Below are positions 39,405-47,916 of a stretch of 64,000 nt of DNA, in pieces; the first letter of the stretch is position 1; every line of letters starts with the position of its first letter. Source of the stretch: Abditibacterium sp. (GTDB lineage Bacteria > Armatimonadota > Abditibacteriia > Abditibacteriales > Abditibacteriaceae); contig OZ251992.1 in the NCBI GenBank assembly GCA_965246885.1, forward strand, positions 2,016,001-2,080,000, written 5' to 3'. The notes beneath the pieces are model-generated. The model had not been told where the DNA came from. It was given only the letters and a program-made list of their open reading frames with translations, and did no database searches. Position numbers and translations under genes: made by a program.

Positions 39405-40925
39405 TTACTTAGTGCCCGCTTCGGAGGGGTCGTAATCAATATCGTTGGCGCGGTAGGAATCGAGCAACCCCATTTTGTCAACGGCTTTGACGTAACCCTC
39501 GTGCGGGTCAACGCGGCCCGACTTGACGTGCTCCATGATGGAATCGTTCATGGTGAGCATGCCCATCGCTTTGCCGACCTGCATCTGCGAGGGCAACTGG
39601 AACGTCTTGCCTTCGCGGATGAGGTTGGCAACGGCGGAGGGGACGAGCAGAATTTCGTGTGCCGCCACCCGCTTGCCGTCCACCGTTCGGAGCAGCGTTT
39701 GCGCGATAACGCCCTTGAGAGACTCGGACAACATCACGCGGATTTGCGCCTGCTGGTCGGAAGGGAACTGGTCAATGATGCGGTCAACCGTCGAGGGCGC
39801 CGTCGTGGTGTGCAGCGTGCCGAAGACCAAGTGGCCGGTTTCCGCCGTTTCGATGGCGATGGCGATGGTTTCCAAGTCGCGCATTTCGCCGACGAGCACG
39901 ATGTCCGGGTCTTCGCGCAACGCCGCGCGCAGGGCGCGCTTAAAGCCTTCGGTGTGGACGTGCACCTCGCGCTGGTTGATGAGGCACTTGATGTTTTTGT
40001 GGACGAACTCGACGGGGTCTTCGATGGTGATGATGTGGTCGTCGCGGTTCTTGTTGATGTAATCTATCATCGCGGCAAGAGTGGTGGACTTACCGGAACC
40101 GGTCGGGCCGGTCACGACGACAAGGCCCTTGGACAGGTAGCACAAGTCGAGGATGGCGCGCTCCAAGCCGAGCTTTTCGGCGGTGAGCACATCGGACGGG
40201 ATGAGACGGAACACGCCGCCCATGCCCTTTCTGTCCATGAAGAAGTTGCAGCGATAGCGCGCGACGCCGGGGATTTCATACGCGAAGTCGGTGTCGCCCT
40301 CGGCCTCGAACTGCTCACGGTTGCGTTCGGGCGCGATCGGGAACAGGACGCGCTTGAGCATGTCGTGGTCGTGAACGGCGTAGTCGGCGAGGCGGTCTAT
40401 CTTGCCGTGTATGCGCATGATGGGCGCCTCGTCGCTGGACAAGTGCAAGTCGGAGGCTTCGACCGTCTTCATCATGCGGAACAGTTCGTCCATGTTCTCG
40501 ATGACCTTAGTGCCGGGGGTTTTCGATGTGGCAAAGGGGCTACCCGACGAGGGCGGCGGGGGCGGCACGTTCGAGGGCGGGGGCGGCATCTGGCTCGTGG
40601 GCGGCGGGGGTGGGGCTTGGGTGGCGCCGTTGGTATGCGGGAGGATGGCGACTTGAGTGGTCGGGCCTTGGCGCCCGACTTTGATGTCGAAGGCGCCGTG
40701 CGGGGATTGGTAGGGAAACGAAAAGCCGCCGTCTTGCGAGAGGTTGGCGCGCAGGTTCGGCGGCGTGATTTCGGCGAGCAGGTTTTGCAAGGCGGTGGCG
40801 GGCACCACGCTTCCGGCGCTTTGCACGCCGCCGACGAACATTTGCATCGGCTGGTCGTTGACCAGTAGCACGCGCTCGGCGCTACGCTGCGACATCATTC
40901 CGATGAGTTGATCTATTTGAGCCAT
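39405..40925 (-). CDS. pilT: Type IV pilus retraction ATPase PilT with N-terminal extension
   Basis: SDLHL, GPTGSGKST, ALREDPD, GEMRD, HLVFGTLHT and NLIRE motifs. Confidence 0.92.
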   Translation of the reverse strand: MAQIDQLIGMMSQRSAERVLLVNDQPMQMFVGGVQSAGSVVPATALQNLLAEITPPNLRANLSQDGGFSFPYQSPHGAFDIKVGRQGPTTQVAILPHTNGATQAPPPPPTSQMPPPPSNVPPPPPSSGSPFATSKTPGTKVIENMDELFRMMKTVEASDLHLSSDEAPIMRIHGKIDRLADYAVHDHDMLKRVLFPIAPERNREQFEAEGDTDFAYEIPGVARYRCNFFMDRKGMGGVFRLIPSDVLTAEKLGLERAILDLCYLSKGLVVVTGPTGSGKSTTLAAMIDYINKNRDDHIITIEDPVEFVHKNIKCLINQREVHVHTEGFKRALRAALREDPDIVLVGEMRDLETIAIAIETAETGHLVFGTLHTTTAPSTVDRIIDQFPSDQQAQIRVMLSESLKGVIAQTLLRTVDGKRVAAHEILLVPSAVANLIREGKTFQLPSQMQVGKAMGMLTMNDSIMEHVKSGRVDPHEGYVKAVDKMGLLDSYRANDIDYDPSEAGTK

Positions 40926-41017
40926 GAGACTGGAGTCGCGCGCCCAAGACGCCGCGCGGAAAACACCCTCAGTTTAGGCGTCCCCGCCATGCCCCAACAC
41001 CCGCGACTTCCCCTTCC

Positions 41018-41728
41018 TCACGGCGCCGCCGGTTTACGCCCGAACACCAACCCCACCCGCGCCGCATACGCCCGCCACGCCTCGCCCCCCTTGGCCGCTA
41101 AGCGCTTCTCCGATTGCAAGACGCCCAGCACCATATAGACCGTCGAAGCCGCGAAGAAGCCCACCCAGTTCGTTTGCAGTATCGGCGCGGCCCACATGAT
41201 AACCAAGATAAGCCACTCGATGGCATGGCGGCTCCACCGGAACGGGCCGCGCTCATACGGCAGACCGTCGCCCCCGTCGGGCGATTGCGTTTCGGGTTCG
41301 GCGATGTCGGGCGCGTCCGCGAGGGCGTCGCGCGCCCCGTCCAATCCCGCAAAGCGGCGAAAGCGGAGTTCTTTGACGCCCCACCCCGCGATGAGCAAGG
41401 CGCCCAGTTGCACCGCCAAGTGAAGCGGTAGCGTCTTTTGGTTGGCACGGTAAACCGTCCGTTGCGGGCGCGACAACACGAACGCCACAAGCGCGCCCGT
41501 CGAAAGTAGCGACTGCACCATGAAGAACAGCCGGTAAAACCCGCGCCCATAGCGCTCGCCCAACGACCTGCGCGCCGCGCTCTTGGCCCCCGGCAAGCAC
41601 AGCGCGGAATGAAGCACACCAAACGCGAGAGTGGCGAGGAACGCCTCGAAGAACCCGCGCCGCGCGGCCTGTTTGGATGTCAAAGGCGCTGCCAATGGCA
41701 GGGCGCGCAGGAAGGAGGAGAATCTCAC
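41018..41728 (-). CDS. Nurim/MddA/ICMT-like integral membrane methyltransferase family protein
   Basis: HS..YRL.F, GPFRWSRH and E..L..G..W.AY..RV motifs. Confidence 0.6.
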   Translation of the reverse strand: MRFSSFLRALPLAAPLTSKQAARRGFFEAFLATLAFGVLHSALCLPGAKSAARRSLGERYGRGFYRLFFMVQSLLSTGALVAFVLSRPQRTVYRANQKTLPLHLAVQLGALLIAGWGVKELRFRRFAGLDGARDALADAPDIAEPETQSPDGGDGLPYERGPFRWSRHAIEWLILVIMWAAPILQTNWVGFFAASTVYMVLGVLQSEKRLAAKGGEAWRAYAARVGLVFGRKPAAP

Positions 41729-41767
41729 GGCGCCCCACGCGGCAAAGGCCGCGCCGCGCTTGGCTCC

Positions 41768-43300
41768 TTACGGCGTTCGCCAAAAGTTCAAGCTCGTGCG
41801 CGCCCCGATCCACACGCCCGACGCGTCGGGGAGCAGCGCCTGATCTTCGGCGTCGAGCCACGCCACTTGCACCTTCGTCGCGTGGTCGCCTTGAATTTGG
41901 AACAGACCATGCCGCGTCGCGGCCAACACGCTTTTCCCGTCGGGCGACGCGCACAGCGACGTCACGTTCTCGCCCCGAAGTTCGGGGAAGACGAACCACG
42001 CAACGCCATCCAAACGCGCCAAACCGCCCACAAAGGTGCCTGCGTAGATGTGACCGCCGAACTTGCCCAGTGTCGTTACCCAGTCGTCGGGCAGACCGCT
42101 TCTCTCATCGAGCCATCGAAACGCCCCCGTCGCGCGGTTCCACACTCCCAATCCCCGACTCTGCGTGGCGAGGTAAACCGCATCGCCGTCCGCCAAAACG
42201 CCTACTATCGGTATGCCTTTCAGCGCGGGAATGTCGGTATGCGGCGTCCAAGTCGCGCCGTCCCACTCGCAAAAACCGCCCCAACCCGTCGCAACCAAGC
42301 GCGTCTCGTCGCCGCCGAGCGCGTAAATGCCCCGGCGCGGAATGGTGGCAAGAGCGTTCTTCGTCCACTTCGTGCCGTCGAAGGAGTCCACCACGCCTGT
42401 GCCAAACCGCACATACAACGTGTCGCGCCATATGAACCCTCCGCGCGGCGCGCTCGAACTCAGGTCGGGCGTCGTCACGTGCCGCCACGTCGCGCCGTCG
42501 CGGTAAACAAGCCCATCATCGAGCGTTGAAGCCCACAACACGCCCCGAAAGCGCGTCAGGAATTGGACGTTGTGCGACCACACTTCCCCTTCTTGCATCC
42601 ACTGCGTCCATTTCTCGTTCGCGCGGTGCCAGATGCCCGCCCTTCGCGTGCCGACCCATAGCATCCGCTCGTCGCCCGCAAGCGCCGTGATTTCGCGCGC
42701 TGCGTCGGGCACATTGTTCGCTTCGCGCACCCACTGCGCGCCATCGAAACAATACAGCCCGTCGCCGGAAATGGCCGCTTCGAGAGACGTCGGCCACGCC
42801 AAAACAGCCGCTAAGTGCGTGCCGGCAGACGTCGGCGGAAGAGGGAACGCCTTCCCGCCCACCTCCACCGACTCCGGCGACACCTTCACCGCCTTCCCGC
42901 GCCATGTCATTTTCATCGGCGCTTTGCCGAACGGCAGTGCACTTTCGCCCGCCCACGTCCCGTTTTCCAAGCGCGCCGTCGCTACCGGAAAACGCGCCGT
43001 CCCATTTTCGTCCACCGCAAACGTTTCGTTGGCGGGCAACCCCTGCGCCCGCGTCCATTTCGTCCCTTGGTCGCCCTCGTAGCGCAACACCCCGCCCGCA
43101 GTCGCCGCCCACAGCGTTTGCGTTTTGGCGTTCCAACTCAACCCCCGAACTTCGCGTGTCGCGGTGAAGACTGTATCCTGCGCGGGCACCTCGGACGGCG
43201 CGAGCGGTGCCGCGCAACTGCCAAGGGGCAACAGTAGCGACAGGGACAGCGCGAGCAGTCCCCATCGCCAAGGGGTTGGACGGCAGTTAAAAAGAGGCAT
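41768..43300 (-). CDS. Beta-propeller lipoprotein (Reg_prop-like repeats)
   Basis: LGSC lipobox; repeated LW.GT..G and GLP..W motifs. Confidence 0.7.
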   Translation of the reverse strand: MPLFNCRPTPWRWGLLALSLSLLLPLGSCAAPLAPSEVPAQDTVFTATREVRGLSWNAKTQTLWAATAGGVLRYEGDQGTKWTRAQGLPANETFAVDENGTARFPVATARLENGTWAGESALPFGKAPMKMTWRGKAVKVSPESVEVGGKAFPLPPTSAGTHLAAVLAWPTSLEAAISGDGLYCFDGAQWVREANNVPDAAREITALAGDERMLWVGTRRAGIWHRANEKWTQWMQEGEVWSHNVQFLTRFRGVLWASTLDDGLVYRDGATWRHVTTPDLSSSAPRGGFIWRDTLYVRFGTGVVDSFDGTKWTKNALATIPRRGIYALGGDETRLVATGWGGFCEWDGATWTPHTDIPALKGIPIVGVLADGDAVYLATQSRGLGVWNRATGAFRWLDERSGLPDDWVTTLGKFGGHIYAGTFVGGLARLDGVAWFVFPELRGENVTSLCASPDGKSVLAATRHGLFQIQGDHATKVQVAWLDAEDQALLPDASGVWIGARTSLNFWRTP

Positions 43301-43322
43301 AAGGGAAAGCGGCGCCGTCAAG

Positions 43323-45944
43323 TCAATTGATGGCGCCGCGCGGTTCAGTCCAATCGAGCGCGATCTCGGTGCGGTTGTGCGCGTGGTCGGTCAGAATCAG
43401 TGTCACGACCGCGCGTTTGCCCGCAAAAGCCGCCGGAGTTCGCACGGGAGAGGAGAAGATGTGGCCGCTCTTGTCCAAGTTAAGCCGCTCGCCCCAAGGC
43501 ATCAGCGCCACGACGCGCTCGACATCCTCGCCCGCTTCGAGCGTAACCGACGCGCCGCCCGCACCCACAGAAGCCTTACCGGTGGGCGCGTGGGTGTTCA
43601 CGCGATAAACAAGCGACAACCTTTGCCGCGTGCCACCCCGCCGCGCGATAACGACTTGCACGGCATAGGGGCCATCGGGCGCATAGGTGGGAATGTCGAA
43701 GCGCGCTTCCCATTTTCCCGTCAGTGCGCTACGTTGGAGCGGAAGCGGCGTGCCATCGGGCAGAATTGCCAAGACGGACAGCGTGTCGGCGGGCGCCTTG
43801 ATGGAGATGAGCGGGTCGCCCGGTTGCGCCGAGAAGGTGCCATTCCCCGGCGCGTTCGAGACGCCATAACGCGGCGTTTGGCTCGCGCCCGCCATCGGGC
43901 CGTCCACGCCTTCGGGCACCTCGGACGGCACATCGTTGGTCGCTTGCTTCCCGCCGGGATTGACGACTTTGTCCTCGACGGCGACGAAACTGGTGTATTT
44001 GGACATCAAGCGGTGCGCGAGGCAAAGCTGCGTGATGTCCTCCTTCTTTGATTCGTCCACGTTTTGGCGTTCGAGGGCGTCCACCTGCGCGCGCGCCCAC
44101 AGACTTTCGAGCGCCGGATTATCTTGTCGCGCCGCGCCCAAGTCAACGGGGATAGCGCGCTTCCACGCCCGCCCACCCGAAAACCCGGACAGCGTGATGG
44201 CGCCCCGCGCGGCCTTGGTATAGCGGCCCACGATGATGATGGGCTGCGTTTGGAACACGTCGCCGATGGGGTCGGGCGAAACGGCTTCAATGGGCAAAGC
44301 GCCGAACGACACGCGCGGGGAAATCAGAACGGGCGTTTCGATGTGGCTGTTAAAGCGTTGGATGGCTTCGACGGCGCTCTTCTGCTCTTTGAGGTTCTGC
44401 TTGAGTTGGGCGCGGTCGGCATCGGACGCGACGGGTTGGTCTAAGGTGCGCTCGAACTCGGCGCGCGACAGGCCCATCGTGATAGTCTCGAAACTGCCGT
44501 TGCCCTCGCGCGCCATGCCTTCGAGCAGGGCGCGGTTAACGCTGTTGCCCATGCCAAACGGGAAAACGCGGGTGGTGCCCCGGTTTTTGCGCTCGAAATC
44601 GAGGATCTGTTCGTCGTTGCCGACAAAGCCGTCCGTCAGATACACCACGACGCGCAACCGCTTTGGATCGGCGGGCGCTTTCAGCGCGACGGCGAGCGCT
44701 TTCAGGATATCCGTCCCGCCCCCGGCGTTGAGCGCGTTTATGAACTTCGTCGCTTTGGACAAGTTCGCGCTCGTGGGCCGGACGGAGCCGGAAAAGCAGG
44801 GGAACACGTCGGTATTGAACGCTAACACTTGAAAGGTGTCGTTGAGGCGTAGGTGTTTGAGCGCCTCGTGCATAGCTTCCTTGGATTTTTCAATGGGGAA
44901 ACCCTGCTGCGAGCCGGTTTGGTCTACAACGAACACTAACTCGCGCGGGGAAATATCGGCCCGCTTGGGCACGGCGGGCGGTTGCATCACAAGGGCGAAA
45001 TAACCACCGCCGTGCCCGTCGCTTTGTGTTAGGAGGCCCGACGCGAGGTGTTCGCCCGCCACTTGATAGCGCAAGATGAAGTCGCGGTTGGGCAGGGTGG
45101 CTTGATCCATGAGTTCGATTTGTGCGCCGTTGGCGCTCTCGCGGTTGATGGAAATCGGGTGCAAGAGCGAGCGGATGTTACCGACGGGCACGCCCGCATC
45201 GAGCGTGACATGAAGCGAGAGGTCGTGTCCCGACCGCGTGCCGGGAAGCGCGTAAGGCGGCTTGATTTTGTCGGCGTCGGACACTTCGCCCGTGTTTCCC
45301 CGTGACGCGGCGGCGTCCAATAGGCCCGATGCGCCCGTGTATCGCGGGCCGACGACGGTGGGAAAGGCCCACTCGTAGGCGCCGTTCTTGTAGTCAAGGG
45401 TTTGCACGAAGGAAATCCGCACCGTGATTTTGTCGCCGGGCATAATGTTGGCGACGCTTTGCGTGAAGATATTAGCGCGCTCTTGGTCAAGCAACGCCGA
45501 GCGTTTGCCCGCCGCTTTCGCCGCTTGGTAAATCTTTCGCGCCGCTTCGCGCTCCTTAATTTGGCCCAACACGCGGCGCGCTCCGATGCGGAACTCCATG
45601 CCATCTACTGCCGCGTGTTCGGGCAGGGGGAAGGTGTAGATCGCTTCGACGGGCACTTTGGAGGGGTTGGAGAACTGCTGCTCGACCTCGACGCGCGCGA
45701 CGGAGCCGGAAATATGCGCCGATACGTCGGTATGCGTAAGCGCCGAAAACCCGGTAGCCCCAGAAGTGGAAACCAATTGCAGTTGCCCGCCCACGCGCGG
45801 CTCGTCGGGCGCATCGAGCAACTGCCGGTTGGACAGCGCGCGCACACCGGGTTGCGGATCGTGCGCGTCTTGCGCGGGCGCTATGCCCACAAGGGCGCCC
45901 ACGAAAAGCGGCGCCAACAGAAAGGGAAAAACGGAGTTGTTCAT
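43323..45944 (-). CDS. Secreted VIT-vWA domain protein
   Basis: Signal peptide, VIT domain (EAIYTFPLP), vWA domain (DQTGSQ, GGTDI, LTDG) and LMSKYTSFVAV. Confidence 0.88.
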   Translation of the reverse strand: MNNSVFPFLLAPLFVGALVGIAPAQDAHDPQPGVRALSNRQLLDAPDEPRVGGQLQLVSTSGATGFSALTHTDVSAHISGSVARVEVEQQFSNPSKVPVEAIYTFPLPEHAAVDGMEFRIGARRVLGQIKEREAARKIYQAAKAAGKRSALLDQERANIFTQSVANIMPGDKITVRISFVQTLDYKNGAYEWAFPTVVGPRYTGASGLLDAAASRGNTGEVSDADKIKPPYALPGTRSGHDLSLHVTLDAGVPVGNIRSLLHPISINRESANGAQIELMDQATLPNRDFILRYQVAGEHLASGLLTQSDGHGGGYFALVMQPPAVPKRADISPRELVFVVDQTGSQQGFPIEKSKEAMHEALKHLRLNDTFQVLAFNTDVFPCFSGSVRPTSANLSKATKFINALNAGGGTDILKALAVALKAPADPKRLRVVVYLTDGFVGNDEQILDFERKNRGTTRVFPFGMGNSVNRALLEGMAREGNGSFETITMGLSRAEFERTLDQPVASDADRAQLKQNLKEQKSAVEAIQRFNSHIETPVLISPRVSFGALPIEAVSPDPIGDVFQTQPIIIVGRYTKAARGAITLSGFSGGRAWKRAIPVDLGAARQDNPALESLWARAQVDALERQNVDESKKEDITQLCLAHRLMSKYTSFVAVEDKVVNPGGKQATNDVPSEVPEGVDGPMAGASQTPRYGVSNAPGNGTFSAQPGDPLISIKAPADTLSVLAILPDGTPLPLQRSALTGKWEARFDIPTYAPDGPYAVQVVIARRGGTRQRLSLVYRVNTHAPTGKASVGAGGASVTLEAGEDVERVVALMPWGERLNLDKSGHIFSSPVRTPAAFAGKRAVVTLILTDHAHNRTEIALDWTEPRGAIN

Positions 45945-45982
45945 CGGATGAAACGCCGCGTCTCGACACGGTGTTAATATGA

Positions 45983-46011
45983 ATTGTAAGGGCGTCGGGG
46001 GAAAAAGTCAA
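45983..46011 (-). promoter_or_regulatory. Near-consensus sigma70 promoter of the VIT-vWA operon
   Basis: TTGACT-N17-TACAAT. Confidence 0.75.
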
Positions 46012-46130
46012 GGGGGAATTGGAAATATGACGCGGATTTATTTTTCCAGTCGTGGCAAGGGTGAATCGTCCTCTTTGGAACGCCGGGGGCGCCGCGCCCT
46101 TCTGACTTGGGGCGCGCGGGCGCGAACTTT

Positions 46131-47279
46131 ATGACGTGGGTCTCTTGGCTGGAACTGTTGCTGGGTGTGGCGGTGATCGTGCTCGTGCTACACGATGTCT
46201 TTCAGGGCGTGGTGGTGCCGCGCTGGAGTTCGCGCTCTTTCCGCGTCGCGCCGCACTTGATCGAGAACTTTTGGCGCTTGTGGCGGCGCTTGGGCGAAGG
46301 GCGCGAAGTGGGCGATGCGCGCGAGGACTTTCTGGGCACCTTCGCGCCGCTCGCGCTTATGACGAACCTCATCTCGTGGGTGCTGCTACTCATCGCGGGT
46401 TATGCGCTGTGCTTCTGGGCGCTACGTGAGCAAACGCGCCCGCATTTGCACTCGTTCGGCGAGGCGTTCTACATGGCGGGCGCGACGCTTCTCACCATCG
46501 GCTATGGCGACTTCTCCTCGTCGGGCGGCATGGCGCGCGCGGTTTCGCTCGCAGCGGGCGCGTCGGGGCTGGCGATTTTCGCGCTCGTGATTTCGTTTTT
46601 GTTCACGCTATACGGCGCCGTCGAAACGCGCGAAACGAAAGTGCTCATGCTCGACGCGCGCGCCGGAAGCCCGCCGTCGGGCGTGTCGTTGCTGCTTTCG
46701 TACGCCGAACTCGACCTCTTGTCCACCCTGCCGAAGTTCTTCGAGGAGTGGGAGGAATGGTCGGCGCGCTTGCTCCAGTCGCACATCGCCTACCCCGTCC
46801 TGCCGTTCTTCCGCTCGTCCCACGAAAACGAAAGCTGGATCGGCGCGCTTGGCGCCGTTCTCGATGCCGCCACCCTGTTGCTTTCGACCATCGAACACGG
46901 CCCTCGGACTAACTGCGGCGATCAACCGCTCGGCGCGGCGCGTTTGATGCTGCGCTTGGGCACGCACACCTTAGTTGATTTGGGCCATTATTTCGGCTAC
47001 CGCTTCGAGGAAGCGACCAAGCACAACCCCATCGTCGGCGTTGAGCGCAACGAGTGGGATGCGGCGCGGCGGCAACTGTCCCACGCCGGGTTTACGCTCA
47101 AGCCCGCCGACGAAGCGTGGCCCGAATTCGCCAAGTTGCGCGCGCCCTACGCGCCCTATCTGAACGAGTTGGCCAAGCACGTCGCCGCGCCGCCGATGCA
47201 GTGGATCGGCGACCGCTCCACCATTTCCCTCTACCACCGCGCGCCGGGGAAGTCGGGCGTGGCGCCCAAGGAGGCTTGA
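46131..47279 (+). CDS. Potassium channel family (2-TM pore) protein
   Basis: TLLTIGYGD selectivity filter; RAGSPPSG and HIAYPVL.FFRS motifs. Confidence 0.85.
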   Translation: MTWVSWLELLLGVAVIVLVLHDVFQGVVVPRWSSRSFRVAPHLIENFWRLWRRLGEGREVGDAREDFLGTFAPLALMTNLISWVLLLIAGYALCFWALREQTRPHLHSFGEAFYMAGATLLTIGYGDFSSSGGMARAVSLAAGASGLAIFALVISFLFTLYGAVETRETKVLMLDARAGSPPSGVSLLLSYAELDLLSTLPKFFEEWEEWSARLLQSHIAYPVLPFFRSSHENESWIGALGAVLDAATLLLSTIEHGPRTNCGDQPLGAARLMLRLGTHTLVDLGHYFGYRFEEATKHNPIVGVERNEWDAARRQLSHAGFTLKPADEAWPEFAKLRAPYAPYLNELAKHVAAPPMQWIGDRSTISLYHRAPGKSGVAPKEA

Positions 47280-47301
47280 CACTCGCCAAACTCCCTCACT
47301 C

Positions 47302-47916
47302 GTGAATCTCCGCCCGTTCCATCTGCCCAAATCGCCGCTTCCCACGCCCGTCGTGTCGCCTTGGAAGCCGTATCGCGCGCTCGTCTTGGTCTTAGCGTTT
47401 CACCTGCTCGGCACGACGTGGGGGCGCGGGTGGGGATGGGGCGCGGCGCATTTCGACTTGCCGTTGTGCTACGCGGTATGTGTGGCGCTTTTAGGCGGAT
47501 GGGAAGTCGGCGCGTGGGCGGGGGCGCTGGCGGGCATCTTGTGGATGTGGACGGCGTGGCAATTTCCCGGCTCGGTTCTGGTATCGCACCTGCTGCCGTC
47601 AATATTGGTGGGCGCCTTGGCGAAGCGATTACCGCCGCTCCATCCGCTCGTGCCGCCCTTGATGGGCGCGCTCGCGGCGGTGACTTCCGATTGCGCGTTT
47701 GCGTTGCTGAGTCCGCGTGCCCTGCCACTTTCCGCTTGGCTGGAGCACGCGCCGCGCTTTGCCTTTGTGCAAGCGTTGGCGATGTGGCCGGTGATGGCGT
47801 GCGTCGTATGGGTGGCCAAGGTGCGGCAACGGCCCTTGTTCTCGCAACGCTCCGCAACGCGGGCGGGGGAGCGGCGGTCAAAAGCGCGCTTCCCCGTGAA
47901 GCCCTCGCCTCGATGA
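47302..47916 (+). CDS. mreD: MreD-like membrane protein
   Basis: About 5 TM helices with a D.PL...LLGG..GA..G..AG.L pattern and MreD-like size. Confidence 0.5.
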   Translation: MNLRPFHLPKSPLPTPVVSPWKPYRALVLVLAFHLLGTTWGRGWGWGAAHFDLPLCYAVCVALLGGWEVGAWAGALAGILWMWTAWQFPGSVLVSHLLPSILVGALAKRLPPLHPLVPPLMGALAAVTSDCAFALLSPRALPLSAWLEHAPRFAFVQALAMWPVMACVVWVAKVRQRPLFSQRSATRAGERRSKARFPVKPSPR

